DNA of 63,862 nucleotides, the filler included, from Lama guanicoe (Eukaryota): NCBI GenBank assembly GCA_013239625.1. It is 207 parts of 207 records of this genome, joined end to end, with 100 filler letters (N's around TTAATTAATTAA, not from the genome) between each part and the next. Parts side by side here need not be neighbours in the genome. Positions count along the whole stretch, not along the records: positions 22,866 to 23,074 come from PNXV01035481.1; positions 23,175 to 23,383 come from PNXV01035482.1; positions 23,484 to 23,692 come from PNXV01035483.1; positions 23,793 to 24,001 come from PNXV01035484.1; positions 24,102 to 24,310 come from PNXV01035485.1; positions 24,411 to 24,619 come from PNXV01035486.1; positions 24,720 to 24,928 come from PNXV01035487.1; positions 25,029 to 25,237 come from PNXV01035488.1; 199 more parts are not named here. One strand, 5' to 3'. Made by a program: the position numbers and the translations under genes. The stretch's first letter is position 1. Each line of letters begins with the position of its first letter. The notes beneath the pieces are model-generated. The model made no database searches. It had not been told where the DNA came from and was given only the letters and a program-made list of their open reading frames with translations. Shown here piece by piece: positions 23,030-32,344 of this stretch.

Positions 23030-23792
23030 GGCCTTGCCCTCGTCCTGGGATGAGAAGACAAGCAGAGACCTCAANNNNNNNNNNNNNNNNNNNNNNNNNN
23101 NNNNNNNNNNNNNNNNNNTTAATTAATTAANNNNNNNNNNNNNNNNNNNNNNNNNNNNNNNNNNNNNNNNNNNNAGGGATCCAGAAGATACAGTAAGATG
23201 TGCAAAACTCTTTAAGAATTGTGGAAACAGGTTTCCAGGTAATTCTCAACTCATTATGGTACATGGGGGTGGTGGAAGCCTTGTGACACTGTGGAATGTT
23301 TGTTACAGTCATTTCCTACCAGTAAAAATATAAATTACCTGAAAGATCTGATAGTTGATACTGTTTCACTTTGGAATTCTGTGNNNNNNNNNNNNNNNNN
23401 NNNNNNNNNNNNNNNNNNNNNNNNNNNTTAATTAATTAANNNNNNNNNNNNNNNNNNNNNNNNNNNNNNNNNNNNNNNNNNNNCACACACACACACACAC
23501 AAAATCACATAATTTTCTCAATTCATTTTATTATTTTCTCTATCTCTTCAGCTATCTGGCTATGTTAGGCTAGCTATGGTTGATTAGTTGATGCATAATA
23601 TTCAGTATTGCAGTATAAAATGCAAATAATGATATCAAGCATTAAACAGGAGAGTTTTCAAATTAACTGTCAATTACTTGCTCTAAAATTTCNNNNNNNN
23701 NNNNNNNNNNNNNNNNNNNNNNNNNNNNNNNNNNNNTTAATTAATTAANNNNNNNNNNNNNNNNNNNNNNNNNNNNNNNNNNNNNNNNNNNN

Positions 23793-24001
23793 AAGGCTAT
23801 CATTCAGATTTGAATGAGAAATAAACTGTTTTGTAGATAAGAAAAAGCTAAAAGAGTTCAGTACCGTTTAACTAGCTTTAAAAGAAATCTTAAAAATACT
23901 TCTGTAAGCAGAAAAGAAAAAACAATGTCTAGAATTACAAAAATTATGACAGAAAAAAAATCTTATCAGTAGAGGTGAAAATACAGTAAAGGTAGTAGGT
24001 C
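23793..24001 (+). mobile_element. L1 ORF1 3' fragment, decayed
   Basis: aaggctatcattcagatttgaa...gataagaaaaagctaaaagagttcagtacc. Confidence 0.75.
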
Positions 24002-24101
24002 NNNNNNNNNNNNNNNNNNNNNNNNNNNNNNNNNNNNNNNNNNNNTTAATTAATTAANNNNNNNNNNNNNNNNNNNNNNNNNNNNNNNNNNNNNNNNNNN
24101 N

Positions 24102-24310
24102 AAAAAAAAAGTCTGATACAAAAGAGTGCATACTGTATGATTCTGTGTATGAATGAAGACTCAGAAACAGGCAAGTCTACTTTATCGTGTTAGGAGTCAG
24201 GGGCTGAAGGGGAAGTGTAAGGAATGGAAGGAGATTTAATTGTGCTTTTAGAACGTTGCCAATGTTCTGTTTCTTTCCCCGGGAGGAGGTTACGTGAATG
24301 TATTTCCTTT
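24102..24310 (+). mobile_element. Old L1 (L1MD/ME-like) 3' end
   Basis: acaaaagagtgcatactgtatgattc...aaacaggcaa...aatgttctgtttct. Confidence 0.7.
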
Positions 24311-24420
24311 NNNNNNNNNNNNNNNNNNNNNNNNNNNNNNNNNNNNNNNNNNNNTTAATTAATTAANNNNNNNNNNNNNNNNNNNNNNNNNNNNNNNNNN
24401 NNNNNNNNNNAGAAAGTATC

Positions 24421-24508
24421 TGTGAGGAGTTGAATGAGTTAGTGCATGTGAAGTACTGGGAACAATGCCTGGTACATCCTCAGTTGTCAATACATGTTGC
24501 CATTACTA
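24421..24508 (+). mobile_element. MIR 3' fragment
   Basis: tgtgaggagttgaatgagttagtgcatgtgaagtactgggaacaatgcctggtacat...tcaatacatgtt. Confidence 0.75.
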
Positions 24509-25028
24509 CGTCTGCCACTCTCATCAGTGTTACTCAGCTACTATTAATCAGGTCCCTTTGGAGGATGCTGGAGGGAGAATGTGGGGAAAGGTTCTGGTGA
24601 ACTGACTTTCACCCTGCAGNNNNNNNNNNNNNNNNNNNNNNNNNNNNNNNNNNNNNNNNNNNNTTAATTAATTAANNNNNNNNNNNNNNNNNNNNNNNNN
24701 NNNNNNNNNNNNNNNNNNNTGCCCAGAGGTCCTCAATGCTTCCTTGTCAGTCTTGGTTCCTAAGCCTGTCCAAGCCTTCTATGCACATTTTAATGTGTCG
24801 GTTTTTCTTTGTCGCTTGGTGATTAGGATAGAATGCAGTGCTCCATACGGGGTGGAGGACACAATCAGATCTCCGGTCAGGAGCCCAAGGATAATATCAG
24901 CACAGCCCATGACAGCCTTGTCGGAGCANNNNNNNNNNNNNNNNNNNNNNNNNNNNNNNNNNNNNNNNNNNNTTAATTAATTAANNNNNNNNNNNNNNNN
25001 NNNNNNNNNNNNNNNNNNNNNNNNNNNN

Positions 25029-25237
25029 AGATGTTGTAGTTTACAAGTATGTTAATAGATTTGCCTGTTTTTTCTTGTCTGTTATATCAGTTTTTGGCTC
25101 ATGTGTTTTGGTGCCCTGTTTTTGAGTGCATACATCTTTTAGAATTGTTACATAAATGGGAAGAATTAACACCTTAATCATTATGTAATATTCCTTTTTA
25201 TTCTTAATATTTTTCCTATTTCAAAGCCTGCTTTTTC
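25029..25237 (-). mobile_element. Old L1M ORF2 5' fragment
   Basis: tcagtttttggctcatgtgttttgg...tgcatacatcttttagaattgtta...ccttaatcattatgtaat. Confidence 0.7.
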
Positions 25238-25646
25238 NNNNNNNNNNNNNNNNNNNNNNNNNNNNNNNNNNNNNNNNNNNNTTAATTAATTAANNNNNNN
25301 NNNNNNNNNNNNNNNNNNNNNNNNNNNNNNNNNNNNNTCCTCCCCCATCTCCAGCCAGGAAACCCACGACCCAGTGTTCCTCTCCCTGTTCTGTCTTCAC
25401 CCGCGTCCCTCCCGCACTCTTGGCTCCTCCCCGCAGGAGATGGTTTGGCAATACAGGCAACCACTCTCCCAACTCGACTCGGGGTGCCGTGGGGCTTGGG
25501 GCTGCTGCTGAGCAACTCTTAACACAGCTGTTCTGGACAACCCTGGNNNNNNNNNNNNNNNNNNNNNNNNNNNNNNNNNNNNNNNNNNNNTTAATTAATT
25601 AANNNNNNNNNNNNNNNNNNNNNNNNNNNNNNNNNNNNNNNNNNNN

Positions 25647-25855
25647 CGGGGGGGGCCGGCCGGGCTGCTGCTGCTGCTGCTCCAGGTGCTGCCGCCCGGG
25701 GCTGCGGCAGGGCCGGGGCGCCGGGGCACGCGGGGAGCCGCCGCCGCCGCCGGCGTCTGCTGGCCCGGCGCTGCCCCTGCCTTTCCCCGGGACGCGCGAC
25801 TGTTGCTGCTCCTGCCGCCGCTGCCGCCGCTGTCGCCGCCGCCGCCGCCGCCGCC
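25647..25855. promoter_or_regulatory. CpG-island fragment with (GCC)n and (CTG)n tracts, probably a first exon or 5' UTR
   Basis: Extreme GC and CpG density; ends in a gcc repeat; gene not identified. Confidence 0.6.
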
Positions 25856-25955
25856 NNNNNNNNNNNNNNNNNNNNNNNNNNNNNNNNNNNNNNNNNNNNT
25901 TAATTAATTAANNNNNNNNNNNNNNNNNNNNNNNNNNNNNNNNNNNNNNNNNNNN

Positions 25956-26164
25956 GCCAGAGTCATCTGCAAACATAATCGCCGGCTCAAGAGTACAGTG
26001 TATCTCAGTGGGTGGCAAACAGCCACATAGCGGTCATAGGACATGGCTGCTAAGAGGAAACCCTCGCCACCATCCAGTGTGAGCGAGACAAAGATCTGCA
26101 ACCCACAGCCAGTAGAGGAGATGACTTTGTTGCAGGTCAGGTAGTCAGCAGCCATTTTGGGCAC
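25956..26164 (-). CDS. Olfactory receptor fragment, OR2T family (OR2T12/2T33-like), TM2-TM4 region
   Basis: [55 protein letters not shown] contains PKM and MxYDRYVAxCHPLRY; frame open across the contig. Confidence 0.92.
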
Positions 26165-26274
26165 NNNNNNNNNNNNNNNNNNNNNNNNNNNNNNNNNNNN
26201 NNNNNNNNTTAATTAATTAANNNNNNNNNNNNNNNNNNNNNNNNNNNNNNNNNNNNNNNNNNNNCATGGAATGC

Positions 26275-26473
26275 AGGACACAGAATATAGAGTGTAGAAT
26301 ACAGAATACTGAAGATAGAATTTAGAATATAGAATGTATAAGACAGAATATAGAATATAGAATACTTAATACAGAATATAAACTGTAAAATATAGAATAA
26401 AAACACAAAATTTCGAATAGAGACTATAGAATAATGAACCCAGAATTTAGAACATGGAATACAGATCACAGAA
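26275..26473. repeat. Degenerate ~7-bp tandem repeat (ATAGAAT/ACAGAAT-like)
   Basis: Recurrent atatagaat/atacagaat units. Confidence 0.7.
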
Positions 26474-28427
26474 NNNNNNNNNNNNNNNNNNNNNNNNNNN
26501 NNNNNNNNNNNNNNNNNTTAATTAATTAANNNNNNNNNNNNNNNNNNNNNNNNNNNNNNNNNNNNNNNNNNNNGAAATACATCTCTTCTACTATTACTGA
26601 ATTAAAACATTTTAGAGTTATTGAATCAAATTTTCTTGGGGTTAAAAAAAATAATAAATTCAAAAAAAAAAAGAACTATTGTATACATACTGTGCTTACA
26701 AATGTGGTTGGCATTGCAAAACTGTAGAGCCAGTAGCTTGTTAGAAAGTAGCAAGTAAAATATTTCCTACCTTTTTTTAATTNNNNNNNNNNNNNNNNNN
26801 NNNNNNNNNNNNNNNNNNNNNNNNNNTTAATTAATTAANNNNNNNNNNNNNNNNNNNNNNNNNNNNNNNNNNNNNNNNNNNNAGGGAAAAATGTAACAGC
26901 CAATCCAGAATCTTACACTCAACTAAATTATCACTCAAGATTGAGAGTGAATTAAGATATTTTAAGAAATACAAGCAGAGTTTACTACTTATTGGAAGAA
27001 CTTTCTGATAAGGGAAATAGCATCTAGAAGGAAGAAACAACCAAAGTGATAATGATGAGAAAAACATTAATAAGCATTTTCACAATTAAAANNNNNNNNN
27101 NNNNNNNNNNNNNNNNNNNNNNNNNNNNNNNNNNNTTAATTAATTAANNNNNNNNNNNNNNNNNNNNNNNNNNNNNNNNNNNNNNNNNNNNAGTTTTACT
27201 CCTCTGAGGAAAAACAAATATCAACCATTTAGTACTCTGCCCACTCCATAGACTGGGGTTGCAAAGACCAAATAAGATAATATACAAGGAAGAAGTGAGA
27301 AAAAGCATCTACTTAAATGTTTACCATCACTGCCATGATGTTATCATGGTCATTATTAACACTATTACAGCTCTGATAACTGAAGAAACCAGTAGCTGAC
27401 NNNNNNNNNNNNNNNNNNNNNNNNNNNNNNNNNNNNNNNNNNNNTTAATTAATTAANNNNNNNNNNNNNNNNNNNNNNNNNNNNNNNNNNNNNNNNNNNN
27501 CTGCCAGCCCCAGGGCTTGAGAACCATTCCACCTGTTGGGAAGGCCTTTATAGCCTGGCACCCTCTTGCTTCACCCTCCAGTTTGTTACTCAATTGGTTG
27601 AGCCAGGGCCAGGACCCCCTTGCATCAGCCAGGGAGATTCTTTGTCTGATCAGGTTCACGCAGCCAATAATGAGACAGATGCTGAGACAGGTACAGCACA
27701 AGCTTTATTNNNNNNNNNNNNNNNNNNNNNNNNNNNNNNNNNNNNNNNNNNNNTTAATTAATTAANNNNNNNNNNNNNNNNNNNNNNNNNNNNNNNNNNN
27801 NNNNNNNNNCTTTATATAGTAGAAGATTATAGATATTAATAAGATAAAGATCTACAGTCCAACAGAAAATGATCAAATAATACAAAAAGTAAATATAGAG
27901 AAATATATACAAATAGGTCTACCTTGTCATAATGAGAGAAATACTAACTACTACCATAGGAAATGCAGTGTCCTGGGCAGCTCTGAGGCTCCAGGTAGCA
28001 GGAACGAGCAGAGAATTTNNNNNNNNNNNNNNNNNNNNNNNNNNNNNNNNNNNNNNNNNNNNTTAATTAATTAANNNNNNNNNNNNNNNNNNNNNNNNNN
28101 NNNNNNNNNNNNNNNNNNCTGTGCAGTTTCTCTGGGGTCAGAAGGCTTTGGTTCTGTGCGTGATGGACGGGAGATGGTTGCAGGATCTTCGGCGGAAATG
28201 CAAACAGCGTAAGGTGGGCCTGAACAGTTACCTGTGCCCCCGACCCCCACAGGACACGAGGAGGCAAAGTCCGGCTAGCAAGCAGAAGGGGCTTGGGTGG
28301 TGAGGGAAAAAGGGTCAGGGGAGAGGANNNNNNNNNNNNNNNNNNNNNNNNNNNNNNNNNNNNNNNNNNNNTTAATTAATTAANNNNNNNNNNNNNNNNN
28401 NNNNNNNNNNNNNNNNNNNNNNNNNNN

Positions 28428-28510
28428 GTCGCTGTGCCTTGCCCCAACACCTCGTCTCCCAGCTTACCGGCCTGCCGTGTGGTGAGCAGAGCGAGTCTGG
28501 ACTCAGTACT
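28428..28510 (+). mobile_element. Cetartiodactyl ERV1 LTR 3' end
   Basis: gtcgctgtgccttgccccaacacctcgtctccc...ggcctgccgtgtggtgagcagagcgagtctggactcagta. Confidence 0.7.
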
Positions 28511-29381
28511 TCCACACGTGTTCAGCAGTAGCAGGGAAGAAGCCATGACCCAGGTGACCAGCATCCGTGATGAGTCATGGTGACAGCGTGCCCCTTAGAT
28601 GTGATGTGTTGAGAAGGGCACCCAGGCTCTGTGATCNNNNNNNNNNNNNNNNNNNNNNNNNNNNNNNNNNNNNNNNNNNNTTAATTAATTAANNNNNNNN
28701 NNNNNNNNNNNNNNNNNNNNNNNNNNNNNNNNNNNNCAGCCCCTAATGTGAAGTGAGAGATGGAGCCCAAATCGATTTCCCGATGTGGGTCGTGGTGCCG
28801 GGCTGCGGTGCTCTGTGGATGCACTATCTCTGATGCTCGTGTACAAGGATGAGGAGCTCTTTACTGGAGTAATGGAATTTTTTAACATGAGGCTAGTTAG
28901 GTAATTGTTTCTAAGCCCAAAGCTATTGGGAGGATCTGCTTTTTTNNNNNNNNNNNNNNNNNNNNNNNNNNNNNNNNNNNNNNNNNNNNTTAATTAATTA
29001 ANNNNNNNNNNNNNNNNNNNNNNNNNNNNNNNNNNNNNNNNNNNNTGTCACATTGCAATTTTTGTAATACACACAGACAGTCCAACTATTGAAGAAAGCA
29101 CCGGAGGGGGCCAAGCAAAACACATGTCTGAGATCTGAGCCACTGCTAAGCGGGTCTTAACCTAGACATGCAAACAAATTGGAAAGTCTCCGAATGACAA
29201 AGATAAATAAAGACCAGAGAGGGTAGGTGGGAGGTTTAGGGTGTAGGCTTGTCTNNNNNNNNNNNNNNNNNNNNNNNNNNNNNNNNNNNNNNNNNNNNTT
29301 AATTAATTAANNNNNNNNNNNNNNNNNNNNNNNNNNNNNNNNNNNNNNNNNNNNAGTTAGTACTCAGCAAATATTATCTCA

Positions 29382-29563
29382 ATGATGATGGTGATGATTA
29401 TGGTAATGATGATGATGATGATGGCGATGATGGAGATGATGGAGATGATGGTGATGATGATGGTGATGCTGGTGATGATGGGGATGATGGTGGTGGTGAG
29501 GATGGTGATGATGAAGATGATGGTGATGATCATGGTGATAGTGGTGGTGGTGTTGGTGATGAT
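29382..29563. repeat. (GAT/GGT)n degenerate trinucleotide repeat
   Basis: atgatgatggtgatg...; produces the spurious poly-Met ORF. Confidence 0.95.
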
Positions 29564-30063
29564 NNNNNNNNNNNNNNNNNNNNNNNNNNNNNNNNNNNNN
29601 NNNNNNNTTAATTAATTAANNNNNNNNNNNNNNNNNNNNNNNNNNNNNNNNNNNNNNNNNNNNATTTCAAGTTTTGTCCTTATTTCAGTCACATGTTTTA
29701 TTCATAATCAATTACAGGAGAAAAGGGAATACCGTTTCTCAGAAATAGCATTTAATTTCCTAAGAAAGGATAGATAGTCGATAAATTAAAATACAAAGTA
29801 GAACCATGAAACAGCTCAAGTCGCCCGGAAGGGAGAGCACCCGCGGCTGATGACATAGGGTGCTTTTGGTGGNNNNNNNNNNNNNNNNNNNNNNNNNNNN
29901 NNNNNNNNNNNNNNNNTTAATTAATTAANNNNNNNNNNNNNNNNNNNNNNNNNNNNNNNNNNNNNNNNNNNNGGGCAAGAAGACCAGAGGGTTCTGGCCC
30001 ATCCTTCCTGTTCCAGTGCCCTAGGGAGTGGCATGGTAGGCGCCCAGCAGGCAGGGCACACCC

Positions 30064-30163
30064 TTGGGGTTCTCTAGGGGGGCAGGTTCATTGCGGGCCA
30101 GGCCCATTAGATTATTCTCTGCCTCTTCAGCGGGGAGTAGATGCAACTGCACCTCCACCTTGC
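30064..30163 (-). pseudogene. OTOF: Decayed otoferlin exon (end of C2F domain, before the TM exons) with flanking intron; unprocessed pseudogene copy
   Basis: ctctgcAG|(G)[32 protein letters not shown] vs recalled OTOF [33 protein letters not shown]. There are 8 substitutions in 33 codons, and the expected donor after CCCAA reads GG. Confidence 0.8.
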
Positions 30164-30590
30164 CTGCAGAGATGCACAGATNNNNNNNNNNNNNNNNNNN
30201 NNNNNNNNNNNNNNNNNNNNNNNNNTTAATTAATTAANNNNNNNNNNNNNNNNNNNNNNNNNNNNNNNNNNNNNNNNNNNNCGTGCACAGATGTTTGAGA
30301 GAATGTGGTTAGTGAGTAAGAGAAAAGCCAGAATGCCCTTGCACTCTTTCTAACACCCATCCCTTCCACTCCAACCTCATTGACCCAACGGTAAAGTGTG
30401 CTAGGTTTTGTCCAAAGCTTTTTTGAAATGAAAGCTTCCCAGTGAAATTGTTCCGATTTTACAAATGAGGAAACAGCGATGGTGAAATCTNNNNNNNNNN
30501 NNNNNNNNNNNNNNNNNNNNNNNNNNNNNNNNNNTTAATTAATTAANNNNNNNNNNNNNNNNNNNNNNNNNNNNNNNNNNNNNNNNNNNN

Positions 30591-30720
30591 TCATAGATTC
30601 ATTTGGGGAAAATTAACCACATTAACAACATTGAGTCTTTTAAACCATGAACATGGCATAAATCTCCATTTACTCACATTTTCTTTTACATCTTTCAATA
30701 ATGTTTCATGATTTCTTCAC
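30591..30720 (-). mobile_element. Old L1M ORF2 fragment
   Basis: atagattcatttggggaaaattaaccacattaacaacattgagtctt...ccatgaacatggcat. Confidence 0.75.
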
Positions 30721-30899
30721 AGTGAGAGAAATCTCACACAGCCTTGTGTGAGATATTTTTAGGTTTGTTTCTCAGGACCTGTATCAGTCAGGGTTCAATN
30801 NNNNNNNNNNNNNNNNNNNNNNNNNNNNNNNNNNNNNNNNNNNTTAATTAATTAANNNNNNNNNNNNNNNNNNNNNNNNNNNNNNNNNNNNNNNNNNNN

Positions 30900-31417
30900 T
30901 ACACTTTGTACACATTCTCCTTAGAGATGAAGTGCTTATTTATCCTGCATTTGAATGCTTGCCATACTTAACTCTTTTGACCAACAGAAATTGGAAGAAC
31001 CATTGTTAAGTCACTTTCGAGTCTGTCTAGCCTTGAAGAAGCCAGTATCTGAAAACCATGAGCTACCATGTAGGAAATCCAACCATGGGAATACGCCATA
31101 TGACAGGTNNNNNNNNNNNNNNNNNNNNNNNNNNNNNNNNNNNNNNNNNNNNTTAATTAATTAANNNNNNNNNNNNNNNNNNNNNNNNNNNNNNNNNNNN
31201 NNNNNNNNTACACTTTGTACACATTCTCCTTAGAGATGAAGTGCTTATTTATCCTGCCTTTGATTGCTTGCCATACTTAACTATTTTGACCAACAGAAAT
31301 TGGAAGAACCATTGTTAAGTCACTTCCGAGTCTGTCTAGCCTTGAAGAAGCCAGTATCTGAAAACCACGAGCTACCATGTAGGAAATCCAACCATGGGAA
31401 TACGCCATATGACAGGT
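30900..31417. repeat. Near-identical contig pair 30900-31108 and 31209-31417 (5 substitutions)
   Basis: Direct comparison; first difference at offset 50, last at offset 160. Confidence 0.92.
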
Positions 31418-31826
31418 NNNNNNNNNNNNNNNNNNNNNNNNNNNNNNNNNNNNNNNNNNNNTTAATTAATTAANNNNNNNNNNNNNNNNNNNNNNNNNNN
31501 NNNNNNNNNNNNNNNNNGGAGCGTCCCTTCACTCTTCCCTCCAGGGGATCAGCTGGAGCCTCTGCCCGCTTACATTGTCACCAGGGCTTGTTGTCACCTG
31601 AATAAAGACCCACCAGTGTGATGGTGACCGGTGCTGTCTCTGCAGTGCTTCCATCTGCCTGTGTTCTCACCTGAGAAGTCAAGCATCTCTAACACACACA
31701 GGCCACCTGCATTGCCTCTCATTGGANNNNNNNNNNNNNNNNNNNNNNNNNNNNNNNNNNNNNNNNNNNNTTAATTAATTAANNNNNNNNNNNNNNNNNN
31801 NNNNNNNNNNNNNNNNNNNNNNNNNN

Positions 31827-32035
31827 AAACAGTTGGACCTAATTGATATTCTCAGGATATTACATAAAAAAAGAAGAAAAAAAACCCCAGAATATACATT
31901 CTTTTCTAGTGCACATGAAACATTCTCTAGGATAGACCAAATACTAGAATATAAGACAAGCCTCAACAAACGTGAGAGAATAATACTTATTTCAAGCATC
32001 TTTTCTGACCACAATGGCATGAAACTAGAAATCAA
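31827..32035 (+). mobile_element. L1 ORF2 endonuclease fragment
   Basis: DLIDILRILH...EYTFFSSAHETFSRIDQILEYKTSLNK...SIFSDHNGMKLEI. Confidence 0.93.
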
Positions 32036-32259
32036 NNNNNNNNNNNNNNNNNNNNNNNNNNNNNNNNNNNNNNNNNNNNTTAATTAATTAANNNNNNNNN
32101 NNNNNNNNNNNNNNNNNNNNNNNNNNNNNNNNNNNTGAGACTACCTAGGTGTGCCTTGGACTCGATTGGGGAAGGCATTGGCTGTAGCACAGGGAACCTC
32201 AGAGTAAACTTCCTCATTTTCGTGTTAATCACTTAGGATCTTTGTTAAAATTCATATCC

Positions 32260-32344
32260 TTTTTTTTTAATTTTTAATTGTAGTAAAATACACACGATAT
32301 AAAATTTGCCACCTTGACCGTTTTCAGGTGTAGTGTTCAGTAGT
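32260..32344 (-). mobile_element. L1MB-type 3' terminus with poly(A) complement
   Basis: T-run then aattgtagtaaaatacacacgatataaaatttgccaccttgaccgttttcaggtgta. Confidence 0.75.

Noticed and set aside
29382..29615. Met/Val-rich ORF
   Set aside because: Translation of a (GAT/GGT)n simple repeat.
310..30163. Functional gene cluster linking SH3YL1, ALPI, HMCN2, CASS4, OR2T and OTOF
   Set aside because: The fragments are co-located only because they have the same contig length; no linkage information exists.
30900..31417. Tandem duplication of a 209-bp unit
   Set aside because: Adjacency is artificial; these are two bubble arms placed consecutively by contig order.
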